Origin: Chiloscyllium plagiosum
Taxonomy: Eukaryota
Reading direction: 5' to 3'
Length of the DNA stretch: 45,583 nucleotides
Assembly (NCBI RefSeq): GCF_004010195.1
Contig: NC_057718.1
Span: 80,101,919 to 80,147,501 of the forward strand
The notes under the pieces are model-generated. The model did no database searches and was not told where the DNA came from. It saw only the letters and a list, made by a program, of their open reading frames with translations. The translations under genes were made by a program, and so were the position numbers. Positions 22,860 to 35,465 of this stretch are shown piece after piece. How positions within the stretch are numbered: the first letter of the stretch is position 1; the number at the start of each line of letters is the position of its first letter.

Positions 22860-23720
22860 TTGTGGGAAAGGCATGAACTCCTGTTTCCTAGGATGCTAGC
22901 AGGAGGCCTCCCACATCACATCAAGGCAGCCTGGACAGATGTGGCTGTGCAGGCTGGCACCAGAGCCCCACTACAGATCCAGTACTGACAAAGGATTAGC
23001 ACATGCTGTGTTCCTCAAGAGTAAGTGGATCTGTATAGTCACTGTAAAGTGACAGGCATAAGGTCATCATACAGAGTAAAAGGTAAGTGTAGATGGCTGT
23101 CAAAACAGGAGTTTGGATTGGAGGCCTCAGCATCAGCTGAAGTTTGTAGACAGAATACGTGGCAGCAACTTTTTTACTGTTAACGTTGTCTGAGTTGCAG
23201 GACACTTGTAAGGAACGATGCAGGAGATGTCATATGCTTGTATGTTTCTAAAGTGTTTATGCACTCATTGGAGTGACACTCAAATGTTCTATCTGGCTGC
23301 AAAAGAAAATAATTCATAATTGGAGGAAATCCAATACCACTGGAGAAGGGACAGCTTTTAGGAGACTGCCAAATTTGTGGGGAAAACTGGGACTAAACAC
23401 GTGCCGTGGAGAGACTGGGTTTCACAGCAATCCAATCTGGATGTCTTCAGTTTGCTGATGACAAATGGACAGACAAGACTAACACTCAAGTACTGAGAAA
23501 AGGAGTTGTGGTCAACATCAGTACATTCCTTCTGTTCTTAACTGCAGGTTCTTCGCAAGTCTAAGAAAGGGTGACAGTATCCCTAGTTTCACGTCCAGCT
23601 CCCCCTTGAGAACTAGCTCTGAGGACAAGACTCAGAATCTTCAATGAATGTACCATCAGAGCTTTCACCTTTACATTCCTCAGTGCTGATACAGTCACTC
23701 TGGTGGATGCACATTCTACT
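22860..23720 (+). pseudogene. Harbinger Myb/SANT-like ORF relic with splice signals
   Basis: WERHELLFPR...HHIKAAWTDVAVQAGTRAP..IQY*QRI then GTAAGT (23021-23026); pyrimidine tract plus CAG at 23545-23547 followed by a Ser/Thr/Pro-rich stretch. Confidence 0.65.
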
Positions 23721-24299
23721 GCTATTAGACACAGAGACATACTATAGTAAAGCATATTACTGACACTTGTCTACAGTTGGAGAATGTGGCAGTCAAGGTC
23801 TGTGACAGTGGAATACTGCAGTTCAGGCTTTTTGTCACAGTTGTATATTAGATGTGTCATCAGAGTGCTCCATGAACTAAAAATTTACATAAGCTTGTAT
23901 GTTATTCCTTTTAGTTTCTGATTTAGTAAAAATAATCATGGCTTAATTTTGGATTAAACAAGATAAAAGATTTGCCCATTCCACAACTATTGCAGAGAGT
24001 TATTAAAGTAAGAAAGATATTAGTCAAAATTAAACACAAAGATTTAAAGTAAGTAGGGATAAAAGCTGCATGTGAACATGAAAATGAAATGAGGCTCACT
24101 TGCATTGCTTGTTTGAAAGTTCTGGCTTCTTTGAAGATTCTCTTTATGACGCCAATGGGATGAAACTTGAAGTCAGATTTATAAGCTGAAATGGGTTTTG
24201 TAGTTGAATAGTCAGAGTTTTCCTTTGTAAATGGACAGAGTAGATTAAAGGAGCAAGCAAAAGCCCCTGAGTCTGGTGGCACAGCACTCACTGATAGTA

Positions 24300-24800
24300 G
24301 CATGCTGCTGAAAGATTTGTTTCCTGTGATTGCAGACCAACTATACATTTATGGACTGAAAACTCTTTCTGTTTGCCAATGGTGCTGGCTGATCCCAGGA
24401 AGCTCTCAGTGCCTTATGTGGGAAAACTTGCCCTTTGTCCTTATGGAAAATCTGCAATGGCAACAAATCCCACAGCTCTCGCTGCCTGGCTCTTGGGGCT
24501 GGCAATGAATTTTGCAAAATCATGAGCATTCCTAACTGGAAGTGTTAGGTGTGGCAGATTGGGATATTCCATACAGGTTCACAATAGTCCCAGACAGATC
24601 CACCGGTGAAGACGTTCAATGCTTGTGCAAATGCAAGAAGTGAATTTCAACACTGCTAATGGATTGCCTCACAGTTCTTGCACATACATGTTTTCTTGAA
24701 GCACCTGGGCTATGGAAATGATGGCAACTTGTGACATCTAAAATTGCCTCAAGTACTGCTTCGCAGCCATTTTCAGGTAGCTCTTGGGGTATATTTGATT
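24300..24800 (-). pseudogene. PIF/Harbinger (HARBI1-like DDE) transposase relic, N-terminal half
   Basis: Ordered motifs across frameshifts: SYLKMAAKQYLRQF*MS, ALNVFTGGS/GTIVNLYGISQSAT, QAARAVGFVAIADFP*GQ, HKALRASWDQPAPLANRKSFQSINV*LVCNHRKQI. These match Harbinger ALNFFASGSFQ..GISQS, GFP.V.G.IDCTH and NRKGFHS.NVQ.VCD. Confidence 0.85.
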
Positions 24801-27800
24801 ATGCTTTAATGCTTTCCATCACACACTGGCCCCTGACTATCTGTGTCTGTACTGCCTTGACCTTCTGTAGCCTTTCCTTGTAATATGTTTTGGCCATTCA
24901 TTCACAGGGCTCTGGGGAACTTCCCACCAGGCCCTTTGAAGCAACACCTGAGCTCTCAGAAGTGTTAAAGTAACTTGGTTATTGTATCTGCCTGGGGTTA
25001 TTGTGAACAAATTTCAGGAAATGATTTGGTCAACATATTCTTTAAGTTCCTCCTTCTGAGCTGAGTAACTCTGCCCAGTAGGAAACTCTATTCTCAATAT
25101 TAGGCACATCCATCCACTCCACTCCATGTTCAATACCATGTGAAGGTTGATATCACTTCTTGTTAATGCAGCAAAGTGCGTTGCCACTACAGCAGTGACC
25201 TTGGAAATATAATGCATGACTGTGCAGGCTCTCTCAAACATTACTGAGCTACCTCAATCACCCTCAGCCTTCAATCTCACACCTTTGCATCACATCACTC
25301 CGTCAACCCCATTCTGAGCCATGACCTCCTGTCAGGGAACCTCAAGCTTTGTCCAGCATAGTGGTACATATAATACTATCCCCATACCTGTAAATTACAA
25401 TCTATCAAGTTTTCCTGGGAACTAACCTTTTGCAGTTTTCCTTGAGTCTCAGGGATTTTGAATAATCTTCCTTGCATGAGTTTTGCGTTGACCAGAATCA
25501 TGATCTTCCAGCTTTGAAACTCCCCGGTTGGTGCAGTATCCCCACCCTCCCAACCTCCAGCTCCCCTTCACCAGATACACACAAACATACACTCAATCCT
25601 GCACAAGGAATCATTGACCATAATATTCCCTCCTATAATTAGGAGAAGCTGTCGTGCAACATATCATTTTCTGAACTTTCTGGGATGTCAGCTGATTTAG
25701 ACTAGCAATGTTAATGCTTTCCAAAGGTGACCATATAAATGAGAACACATCTGATCATTTTATCCATCTATTTGTTTGATAGTCAGGCAATTGTGTTTAT
25801 CATTAAACTCTAAACTCTAACCAAAACAAACCATAGTCCCACTACAAGGTATCAAACATTTGGAGCTCCTGCGGTTCCAGGACTAGCTGCAGAAAATGGT
25901 GTGAGTCACTTTTGAAATTCATTTTACTGTCTTCTGTACTCTGCCAGGGATCCGCCAAATCCCCGAATACCTTTAACCCACCCAATATAACCATTCTTCT
26001 TCTCTCCATTACCCTTTATTACCCCCATTTCCTTGATCTAATAAACATCAACCTGTACATGCCTTCTCGCCCCTCTGCCCTACGCCTGTTGCTGCCCACC
26101 CTGAATCCTCGGTTAACCATGCTATCTGTGCTGTTTGATTTAGTGACACCTCCTTTCAATCTAGTATCTGATCATGACCTTGGAAATTACACCTTACTGT
26201 GTCCCATACATGCCCTGACTATGGCCACTCCCTCTGCTGCTTAGTACCTTCTGTTCAACCATAAGGACTCATTGTTGACAGCACCTGCCCTACCCATCAT
26301 GAATCACTATTCTTGCCCAGTAAGCCCTCATCATCCAACATGATAACCACACTCATAACTGTGTGGCCATCCCTTGTCCTCATGTTCTTGCTGCACTTTC
26401 CTTTTCCTTCCCTGCGTCAGACAGCCCTGACATGATATCTTTTGTTTGTTGCCAACCAATTCCAATTATGGCCTGTCTCACTCAGGATCAACACTCCCCA
26501 AAGACAGAAAAGCAATGACTACTCATCACAACTCCAGAAAATACACTAACTTGCACACTATTTGAAGGCACATGTCTCTCACTCATGTAAAACTTAATTT
26601 GAAAGTTGCATTCCATCCTGGCGAGATTGCCTTTTAATGAGCATATATGAAATGGAAGTGCATGCAGGAAGGGTTCCTGGTGATCAATTCACCACCAAAC
26701 TTCCACGAATTTAATTTAGCTTTATTCTGCCAACAGGAAGCTGACTTTTGGCATCCAATACAATTAATTTTCCCCTACATCCACCAATTTCCTCCTCTTG
26801 GGGCAGTACAATATTTTGCTCAACATTTCAAGTGCACGACACAATCAGAACCTTAATTACTCTATAAGACTAGACAGCTCAATTCTCAATAACCAGAAAT
26901 AGCAGCCAACAAAGAAAAGGGCTTAACATTTGCTTAGAAACAAACAAACATCATTTAATTATCATTGCAAGCTTTGTAGAAAATTCCAAATTTATTAATA
27001 CCTTTGTAAATTACAATCACTATAACTTAGGTCTATTAAATCCCACTTGTAAGAAATAGAATATATTCGCTGTTAGCGAATGAAGCATCACCTGCTAAGC
27101 AGTAATGAGCAATTTTCCATTTGCTATTGCTTTAATAGGAGGGTAATTCACAGTGGTATCAAAATGATGCTGATCAGAACATTTCAAAGTATTAAAGGCT
27201 ACAAAAAAATGTTTGGTGACCAATTCTTATTGTTCATAAGTGACCATTCACTTTCTCTGGTTTGAAAGCAAATACTGTTTTCTACAATAGTAAGCTGGTA
27301 AATGAATCAACTGGAATGTGCAAATTTCTTAGGACTGGAACAATGGCATAAATATTCAACAAGTGAGTTGACATTCACAGTTCACTTGTGACTTTGTCAG
27401 TTTTGGGTTGTTTGCTCAGCTTACTATTTGAATATTTACTGAATTCAACCAGTCAAAGATGATTATCCAATACAAATTCTTAATTGAATAACTCACCCTG
27501 ATATCTGTACCCAATAACTTGAGTTTTAGCAGATATGACAAGGTTATCTTTTATTTAAATCTCTACTTTTCCACATTTAATCAATGCAAGGAAAGGAATT
27601 CTCTTGACAATATAATTAATTCTGTGATACTTGCCTGGCATTTTTATCTGAATATGAAATTTGAACTTCATTTATTCTGCTTTATACCTAGCAGCTTTTT
27701 CAATTAATATATCCCAGACAACAACAGGTGATATTTGATTTAACTAACTAGAGAGGCTCATAGAAGGGGCTCTCTTGCAACATGGCATTTCAAATGTAAC

Positions 27801-29018
27801 CATTAAAACTAAAAAGCCACATGATATGAAACTAACTTGAGACAATAAGCTATCTCACTTAATCTATTGCTGGAGATAAAACAGTAAAGACATTTTTTAT
27901 TTCTAATAAACCTATCAGTGATTATAAATTCAAATATTTTAGTATTTGAATTGTATGCAGAGAAGCTACATTTATGCAATTCAGCTACAAATTAAACTCT
28001 CAGATATTTCTTACCATTTAATATGATTTATCTATAGAATATCTGTTGAAATTCCTACACTGGACTGGGAAATATATTCTGTGTATAGGTAAGGAAGTAA
28101 AGCTGGCAAAGTTTGATCAGTCTATTAGTAGCCAGTGCCTTCTCAAGTCCTTTCATTCCATAATAAAACATCCTTGTTATGTCTATTTTTTGTAACAAAG
28201 CCACCTAATAAACAGCAAACATGCTATTAGAAGAAAGACACAAATGAACACAAATCCTCCTTTCTGACAGCTGGTGTCAGAAAGCTGTCTCGCAGACTAG
28301 TCAACACTAATATAATCATATCTTACAGACAATGTCCCAGGCACCATTACCACCAGAGTGGCTGCACAGTGATATACAGTCAGGAGGGAGTTGCCCTGGG
28401 AGTCCTCAACATTGACTCCAGACCCTGTGAAGTCTCATGGCATCAGGCCAAACATGGGCAAGGAAACCTCCTACTGATTAACATGTCCTGACCTTCCTCA
28501 GTACTGCAGAAGGAGAATATTATCGAGGAATACCTACAAAGATGACCTGAAACTAAGATGCCTTATCTTTAACAACCACAACTCAATATTGGACATCCAT
28601 CAAAAACCTGCTCAATGATACCCAGCATGGATTCCACTAGGAACACACAGATCCTGACCTCATTTGGTTCAAACATGGACATGGTCTCAATTCAAGAGGC
28701 GAGGTAAGAGTGATTGCCCTCAACAACAAGGCTACATTTGCCTGAGTGTGGCATCAAGGAGTTCTAGCAAATCTGGAGTCAATTGGAATCAGGAAAAATC
28801 TCTGCTGGTTGGACAAAGTTAAAAATCACACAACACACATTATAGTCCAACAGGTTTATTTGAAAATACAAGCTTACAACTGATGCAATGTTTTAGACAA
28901 ACCTAGTTTGCTGTTTAGTCTTTAATCACTTAAAATGGGGATACAGGTTTTGATTGATTAATATGTAAATCCCAGAATTTCTTTCAAATCACAGCCCTGA
29001 GATAACTTTATCGGTATA

Positions 29019-30022
29019 CAGAACAACTTTGGCTTTCCAAACATCAATTATCTGAATTTCAGATTATCTGAACCAAATTCAAGGTCCCGTAAACATGTTA
29101 CATCAAAGAGGTGTTACCAAGACTGGTGTATTGATCACGATTGGGAAATCTGAGTGTATCAGCAAGGAGGCGATGAGTTGACTGCAACAGCATATGAGAT
29201 TTTAAATGATTTAATATTTATGGGTTGGGGCAGAGTGGGGATGTGGTTGGAAGGATGGTCAGAAGAGCATTTCAGTAATCAAACAATATTGCAAATGAAT
29301 GGATAGGATTTCACTGGTCTGAAATGGTGAGAGTATTGTCAGAATTGCGATGAGAATTTTGAATGATCTGTTTCAATTTGAAAGCTGGTGAATGAAATGA
29401 AATCAGGATGAGTGAGGAGTTTGTATTGGGTGATGAAAAGGCTGGTTTTGGTATTTGCAGGAAATTGTGATCAAACAAAATTGTCAAAAATGTCCATGTT
29501 TATTCAGTTGTAGCTAATTTTAAAATTAAAAATTACTTCGTTAGATATAATTATTTTGACTCTTATGCCTGCTGTGAGGCAAAATGTTCCGTCTAAAGTT
29601 ATATTCGTCCAAGATTGATAAAATTGACACCAACAATATACATTTAATAGATGTCTCATTTGAAGTATGCACGAAGCTGTGATTGGAGCAGTGCAACAAA
29701 GAAATACAAGCACTTCAAGCAACAGCAACTGGATATTTTCTTTGAAAAATAATAGCCAACATCCACCTCAATGAATTTTATTTACACAAAAAAGTGATTT
29801 TATTTGTAAAATATCATAAATTTTTAAGCTATATCCAGTGTTTGTACACGTTTTATCGACTGAATGAAATAAAAATTCTGTAAACATGATTTTTAATGTA
29901 ATTATGTTCAGTATGGCTTCCTTTGTTTACGACCAGATCAGACCAGATCAGTTATCTGAACAATCAGTTATCTGAACAAAATACTCCCCACCCATCTCGT
30001 TCAGATAATCAAGGTTGTTCTG
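29019..30022. mobile_element. Non-autonomous Tc1/mariner (Tigger/pogo-like) DNA transposon
   Basis: Terminal inverted repeat CAGAACAAC (29019) / GTTGTTCTG (30014-30022), TA on the left flank, repeated TTATCTGAA subterminal motifs at both ends. Confidence 0.75.
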
Positions 30023-30133
30023 TCTATAAAAAAAAGTGACATTTTAGCTCAGACAATGCATTAAAGGTGTGATGTTAGAGTCTGTATCCCAACCTGGAGT
30101 CAGACTGTTTTCAAAATAGAAATTTATAAAATG

Positions 30134-30365
30134 CAAGGATGCCTGCCTTGAAGAAGTTTTATTCTATGCTACTTTCTCCCCACCCCCCACCCTCCTTTCA
30201 CTTATCTCTCCACCCTTCAGGCTCTCTGCCTGTATTCCTGATGAAGGGCTTTTGCCAGAAACGTCGATTTTACTGCTCCTCGGATGCTGCCTGAACTGCT
30301 GTGCTTTTCCAGCACCACTCTAATCTAGACTCTAGTTTCCAGCATCTGCAGTCATTGTTTTTACC
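30134..30365 (+). mobile_element. Short PLE 3' terminus with hammerhead-like core
   Basis: CTGATGA-AGGGC-TTTT-GCCA-GAAACGTC at 30238-30265; flanking direct repeat TAAAATG at 30127-30133 and 30366-30372. Confidence 0.85.
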
Positions 30366-30472
30366 TAAAATGTCACATGGACTGACTGCCTACAGATTGT
30401 ATGCTTTTTGAACAAAATAGAATGTATCTGCAAATACAAATCTGCAAATGCAAATTGCCCCATAGACCTAGA

Positions 30473-30635
30473 TATGTGTGTGTCTGCATGCATGTGCGTG
30501 TGAGGGAGAGGGAAAGAATGTGCGCATGTGTGTGCGCGCGCATGCACGCATGTGTGCCTGCATGCATGCAAGAGTGTTTGTGTGCACCTCTGTGTGCTTG
30601 ATAGAGTCTGTGCGCGAATGTGACCGAGTGTACGC
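30473..30635. repeat. Degenerate (TG)n/(CG)n/(CA)n microsatellite
   Basis: Includes 40 nt of perfect purine-pyrimidine alternation at 30518-30557. Confidence 0.9.
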
Positions 30636-31704
30636 CTTGGAGTCATACTTGGCACAAAGGAAGATGTTTGTGATTGTTGGAGGTTAGTCATCTCAGTTCC
30701 ATGACATCTCTGCAGGAGTTCCTCAGGGTAGTGTTCTAGGCCTGACCACCTTCAGTTCCTTCATCAATGAACCTTCCCTCCATCATAAGATCAGAAGTTG
30801 AAAACTTCACTGGTGATTGCACCATGCTCAGCACCATTTATGACTCTTCAGATACTAAGGCAGTCCACGTTCAAATGTAATAAGACCTGGACAATACACA
30901 GGCATGGGCTGACAAGTAGCAAGTAACATTTGCACCACAATAATGCCAATTAGCATCTCCAACAAGAGAGTTGAACCATCATACCTTGACTTCAATGGCA
31001 TTACCATCACTGAATTACCCACTGCTGATATGGGGGGGGGGATGGTTACCATTGTCCAGGAACTGAATTGGATTAGCCTTATAAACACTGTGGTTACATG
31101 AGCAAGTCAGAGGTGAGGAAAAATGCAGCAAGTACCTCACCTCCTGACTTTCCAAGGCACAAGTCAGGAGTATGATGGAATACTCCCCACTTCTCTGGAT
31201 TAGTTCAAGACTAACAATACTCAAAAAGCTTGACACAATCCAGGACAAAACAGTCCACTTGATTGGCACCACATCCACAAGTACTCACTCACTCCAGCAT
31301 TGAGACTCTGTCGCAGCGGTGTGTACTATCTACAAGATGCACTGCAGGAATTCATCAAACATCTTAGAATGCACATTCCAAACCCACGACTCACTTCCAC
31401 CTCAAAGGCAGATACATGAGAACACCACCATCTGCAACTTTCCCTCCAAGCCACTCATCATCCTAACTTGGAAATTTATCATCATTCCTTCGGTGTCATT
31501 GGTCAAAAACCTGAGTTCCGTTCCGAAATACATTATGGGTGTACTGATAGCACATGGACTGCAGCGATATGAGAACACACCTCACAACTCTCTTCCCAAG
31601 GCAACTAGGGATGGGCAATAAATGCTGGTCCAACCAGCAACAGCCACACACCTTGAATAAATAAAAAATAATCCTCTCAAAAACTGTCCAATTTACACAA
31701 TGAA

Positions 31705-32172
31705 GTAGAGTTAAAGAGATGTATGTGTAGCATGGAAACAGGACCTTTGATCCAACTTAGCCATGCCAGCCAGATATCCTAAATTAATGTATCCCTTTTG
31801 CCAGCATTTGGCCCATATACCTGTAACCCTTCCTATTCAAATACCTATCCAGATGCTTTTTAAATGTTGTAATTGCATCAGCCTCCACCATTTCCTCTGG
31901 CGTTCATTCCATACGCCTTCTGCATGAAAAGATTGCCCCTTAGGTCTCTTCTAATTATTTCCACTCTCAGCTTAAACCTATGCCCTATAGTTTTTGACTC
32001 TCCCACCTAGGGGAAAAGACAATATCTACTTACCCTTTCCATATTCATCATGATTTTATAAACCTCTACATAAAGCCACCCCTCAACCGCCAACGCTCCA
32101 GGGAACTTAGCCCCAGCCTATTCACTCTGTCCCTGCAGCTCAAATCCTCCATCCCTGGCAACATCCTTACAA
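31705..32172 (-). mobile_element. CR1 3' fragment
   Basis: Alignable to 15410-15860 and to the reverse complement of 35930-36390. Confidence 0.88.
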
Positions 32173-32175
32173 GTA

Positions 32176-33860
32176 CAGTCATAGAGTCGTCGAGCTGTAC
32201 AGCACAGAAACAGACCCTTTGGTCCAAGTCGTCCATACTGACCAAATATTCCAAGCTAATCTAGTCCCATTTGCCAGCATTTAGCGTATATCCCCCTAAC
32301 CCCTTCCATATACCCATCCAGATGCCTTCTAAATTCTATAATTGTAACAGCCTCAGCTATTTCCTCTGGCAGCTCATTCCATACATGCACCACCCTCTGC
32401 GTGAAAAAGTTGTCCCTTGGGTCCCTTTGAAACTTTTCCCCTCTCACCCTAAACCTATGTCCTCTAGTTTTGGGTACCTCATTCCCCCATCTATTTACCC
32501 TATTCAGGCCCCTCATGATTTTAGAAAGCTCTCCATAAAGTCACAGCTCAGCTTCCGATGCTCCAGGGAAAACAGCCCCAACCTATTCAGCCTATCCTTA
32601 TAGCCCACACCGTCCAACCTTGGCAATATCCTTGTAATTCTTTTCTGAACCCTTTCAAGTTTCACAACATTGTTCCAACAGGAAGAAGACCAGAATTAAA
32701 CACAATCTTCCAAAAGTGGCCTCACCAATGTCCTGTACAGCCTCAACATGATATCCCAACTCCTATACTCAAAGCACTGACCAATAAAGTGAAGCATATC
32801 AAATGCTTTCTTCACCATCCTATCTACCTGAGACTCTACTTTTAAGGAACTATGAACCTGCACTCCAAGGTTTCTTTGTTCAACAACACTGCCCAGAACC
32901 TTACCATTAACTGGATTAATGAAGCTCCGGACTTGTCCTACCTGCCAATCTCCTTTTCCACCTATCCACTCCACCCTCTCCTCCCTGACGTATCACCTTC
33001 ATCCCCTCCCCCACTCACCTGTTGTACTCTATGCTACTTTNNNNNNNNNNNNNNNNNNNNNNNNNNNNNNNNNNNNNNNNNNNNNNNNNNNNNNNNNNNN
33101 NNNNNNNNNNNNNNNNNNNNNNNNNNNNNNNNNGCCTATCTCCTTTTCCACCTATCCACTCCACCCTCTCCTCCCTGACCAATCACCTTCATCATCTCCC
33201 CCACTTCACCTATTGACTCTATGCTACTTTCTCCCCACCCTCACCTTCCTCTAGCTTATCTCTCCACGCTTCAGGCTCTCTGCCTTTATTCCTGAAGAAG
33301 GGCTTTTGCCCAAAACGTTGATTTCGCTGCTCCTTGGATGCTGCCTGAACTGTTGTGCTCTTCCAGCACCACTAATCCAGAATCTGGTTTCCAGCATCTG
33401 CAGTCATTGTTTTTACCTTACCATTAACTGTATAAGTCCTGCCCTTATTTGCCTTTCCAAAATGCAGCACCTCACATTTATCTAAATTAAACTCCATCTG
33501 TCACTCCTCAGCCCATTGCCCCATCTGATTAAGATTGTGTTGTATTCTGAGGTAACCTTCTTCACTGACCACTATACTTCCAATTTTTGTGTCATCTGCA
33601 AACTTATTAACTGTACCTCCTATGTTTACACCAAATCATTTGCATAAATGATGAAAAGCAGCAGCACCTATCCTTGTGGCACACTGCTAGTCAGAGACCT
33701 CCAGTATAAAGGCAGCCCTTCACCACCACCCTCTGTCTTCTATCTTTGAGCCAGTTCTGTATCCAAATGATTAGTTATCCCTGTATTCCAACCTTGCTAT
33801 TTTGTCTACCATGAGGAACCTCAATATCTTTTCTGAAACCTTTCAAGTTTCACAACATCC
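32176..33860 (-). mobile_element. CR1 LINE 3' half, interrupted by a PLE
   Basis: ORFs give KTRGHRFRVRGEKFQRDPRDNFFTQRVVHVWNELP and EQRNLGVQVHSSLKVESQVDR...LYRTLVRPLLE. Confidence 0.92.
32914..33418 (+). mobile_element. Young PLE 3' terminus with hammerhead-like core
   Basis: CTGAAGA-AGGGC-TTTT-GCCC-AAAACGTT at 33292-33319; direct repeat ACCTTACCATTAACTG at 32898-32913 and 33415-33430. Confidence 0.85.
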
Positions 33861-34433
33861 TTCCTTCTTTTCGAGCTATCAATGCCAATTTGATTTTATC
33901 AATCTACATGAAGATTAAATCCACCATTATTAATACTGTACTTTTTTACATGCCCTCATTATCTCCTCATTTCTCAAGTGTTTTACAGGATAGTTATTGT
34001 TAGGGGACCTATTGATTGCTCTAACTGGTATCTCCTTCCTTTGTTATTTCTTCTGTTTAACCTGCATTTTCTGATTCTGCATCTTCCAATTCAAAATCAT
34101 AATTATTCAATTTGGTACTTACTCCGCCACCCTTCCCATCCTGCTGCCCTTCTGAAAAGTCACGTACCCCTGACAAATTAGTTCCAGGCTTTGATTTCTT
34201 CATAATCATGTCCCAGAAATTATGATAAGATCATACCCATTAACCTCTATTTGTACCTCATTAGTTCATCTGCTTTGTCCTGAATACTATGCACATTTAA
34301 GTGCTATTAACTTTGCCTATTTCCATTTCTCCCCCTTGGCCATATTTGCTCCTATTTCTTATATTTATCCATTCTGTCCCTTCTGTCCCACTCTAGGTAT
34401 TATTGCCCTGCAATGTCACTATATATTTTTACA

Positions 34434-34561
34434 CTTAAAAATCACACATCAGGTTATAGTCCAACAGGTTTATTTGGAAGTACAAGCTTGTTGGACTATA
34501 TCTTGGTGTTGTGTGATTTTTAACTTTGTCCACCCCAGTCCAACACTGGCACCTCCACATC
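34434..34561. mobile_element. Fold-back mini-element of the second PLE-related family
   Basis: TTAAAAATCACAC..CAGGTTATAGTCCAACA followed by its reverse complement TGTTGGACTATA...GTGTGATTTTTAA. Confidence 0.75.
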
Positions 34562-34621
34562 CTTTTATAGAGTTCTTGAGAAGATTTGTGGCTTGGGTTG
34601 TGGATGAAGTTGTGAATTCCC

Positions 34622-35316
34622 ATCTGCATGCAATCAGGTCCCGGACCTTCCTGTGGCTTGCCACTTCAACACACAATCCTGCTCCCATGCCCACATGTCT
34701 GTCCTTGGCCTGCTGCAAAGTTCCAGTGAAGCTCAACGCAAACTGGAGGAATAGCATCTCATCTTCCGACTAGGCACATTACAGCCTGCCGGTCTCAACA
34801 CTGAATTCAACAACTTCAGATGATTATCATAGCATGACCCCTCTGTTTTCATTCTGTTCCATAATTTTATTTTATTTATCCTTTTTTTAAAATATTTTTT
34901 TCACTGTTCTGTACCTCTTATTTCTTGATTGTCTCTCTTTCTCTCGCTCCCCACACTCTCATCACCTTTTTCCTCTCCTCTTCCCCCTTTGCTACTCTTC
35001 TCCCCTGTTTTCCATTTTGCCTCTGCTTCACCCATCTCCCCCATCCCTCACATATTTTGTCACATAGCACCGGCTTCCGCCTTGGTCATTCACAGCTCCT
35101 AATCTCCCCATAATCTCTCTATGCACTGTCATTATCACCTCTTTATTGCTACCTTTGCTTCTGGAGCCATGACTCACCTTCTCTCAGCCTAGTATAAATA
35201 CCTCCCTATTTCTCTAGCTTTGACAAAGGGTCAGTTAGACTCGAAATGTCAGCTCTTTTCTCTCCTTACAGATGTTGCCAGATCTGCTGAGATTTTCCAG
35301 CATTTTCTCTCTTTGG
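34622..35316 (+). mobile_element. Penelope-like element 3' end: GIY-YIG C-terminus, UTR and hammerhead-like terminus
   Basis: PDLPVACHFNTQSCSHAHMSVLGLLQSSSEAQRKLEE*HLIFRLGTLQPAGLNTEFNNFR* ending at ~34823, then TATAAATA at 35193 and the core at 35220-35250. Confidence 0.9.
35216..35254 (+). ncRNA. Hammerhead-like motif with U3-A8 variant core
   Basis: AGCU-[UUGACAA]-A-GGGUC-AGUUA-GACUC-[GAAA]-UG-UC-AGCU: 4 bp stem I and 5 bp stem II. Confidence 0.6.
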
Positions 35317-35465
35317 GTTCTTGAATTCATTTGATGAGCCGGTGTGTTCTTCTGTGAACATTTCGCTGTTTCACTAGGTGATATCATCACTGCATCTTTG
35401 GTAAGGTGTTGGTCATTTGTCCTGCCTAGAATTTATATGTCTCTGTTGGTACTTCATTTTTTGTA

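Larger units (their letters stand above)
28811..30636 (-). mobile_element. PLE-related terminal/non-coding repeat, second family
   Basis: AAAGTTAAAAATCACACAACAC...TATAGTCCAACAGGTTTATTTG, collinear with 41057-41610 once the inserts are removed; ends in a TG-rich tract. Confidence 0.65.
28330..31670 (+). mobile_element. CR1-like LINE with internal deletions, split by nested insertions (LINE parts ~28330-28812 and ~30637-31670)
   Basis: Endonuclease remnant (EVSWHQAKHGQGNLLLI), RT remnants (ATFA*VWHQGVLANLES, SAGVPQGSVLGLTTFSSFINELP, KAQVRSMMEYSP) and an A-rich tail. Reading continues across TTGGA at both junctions. Confidence 0.88.

Noticed and set aside
32940..33230. Biological tandem repeat across the N-gap
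   Set aside because: Similar ~100 bp sequences flank the gap; a real duplication cannot be separated from an unmerged overlap or haplotypes without reads.
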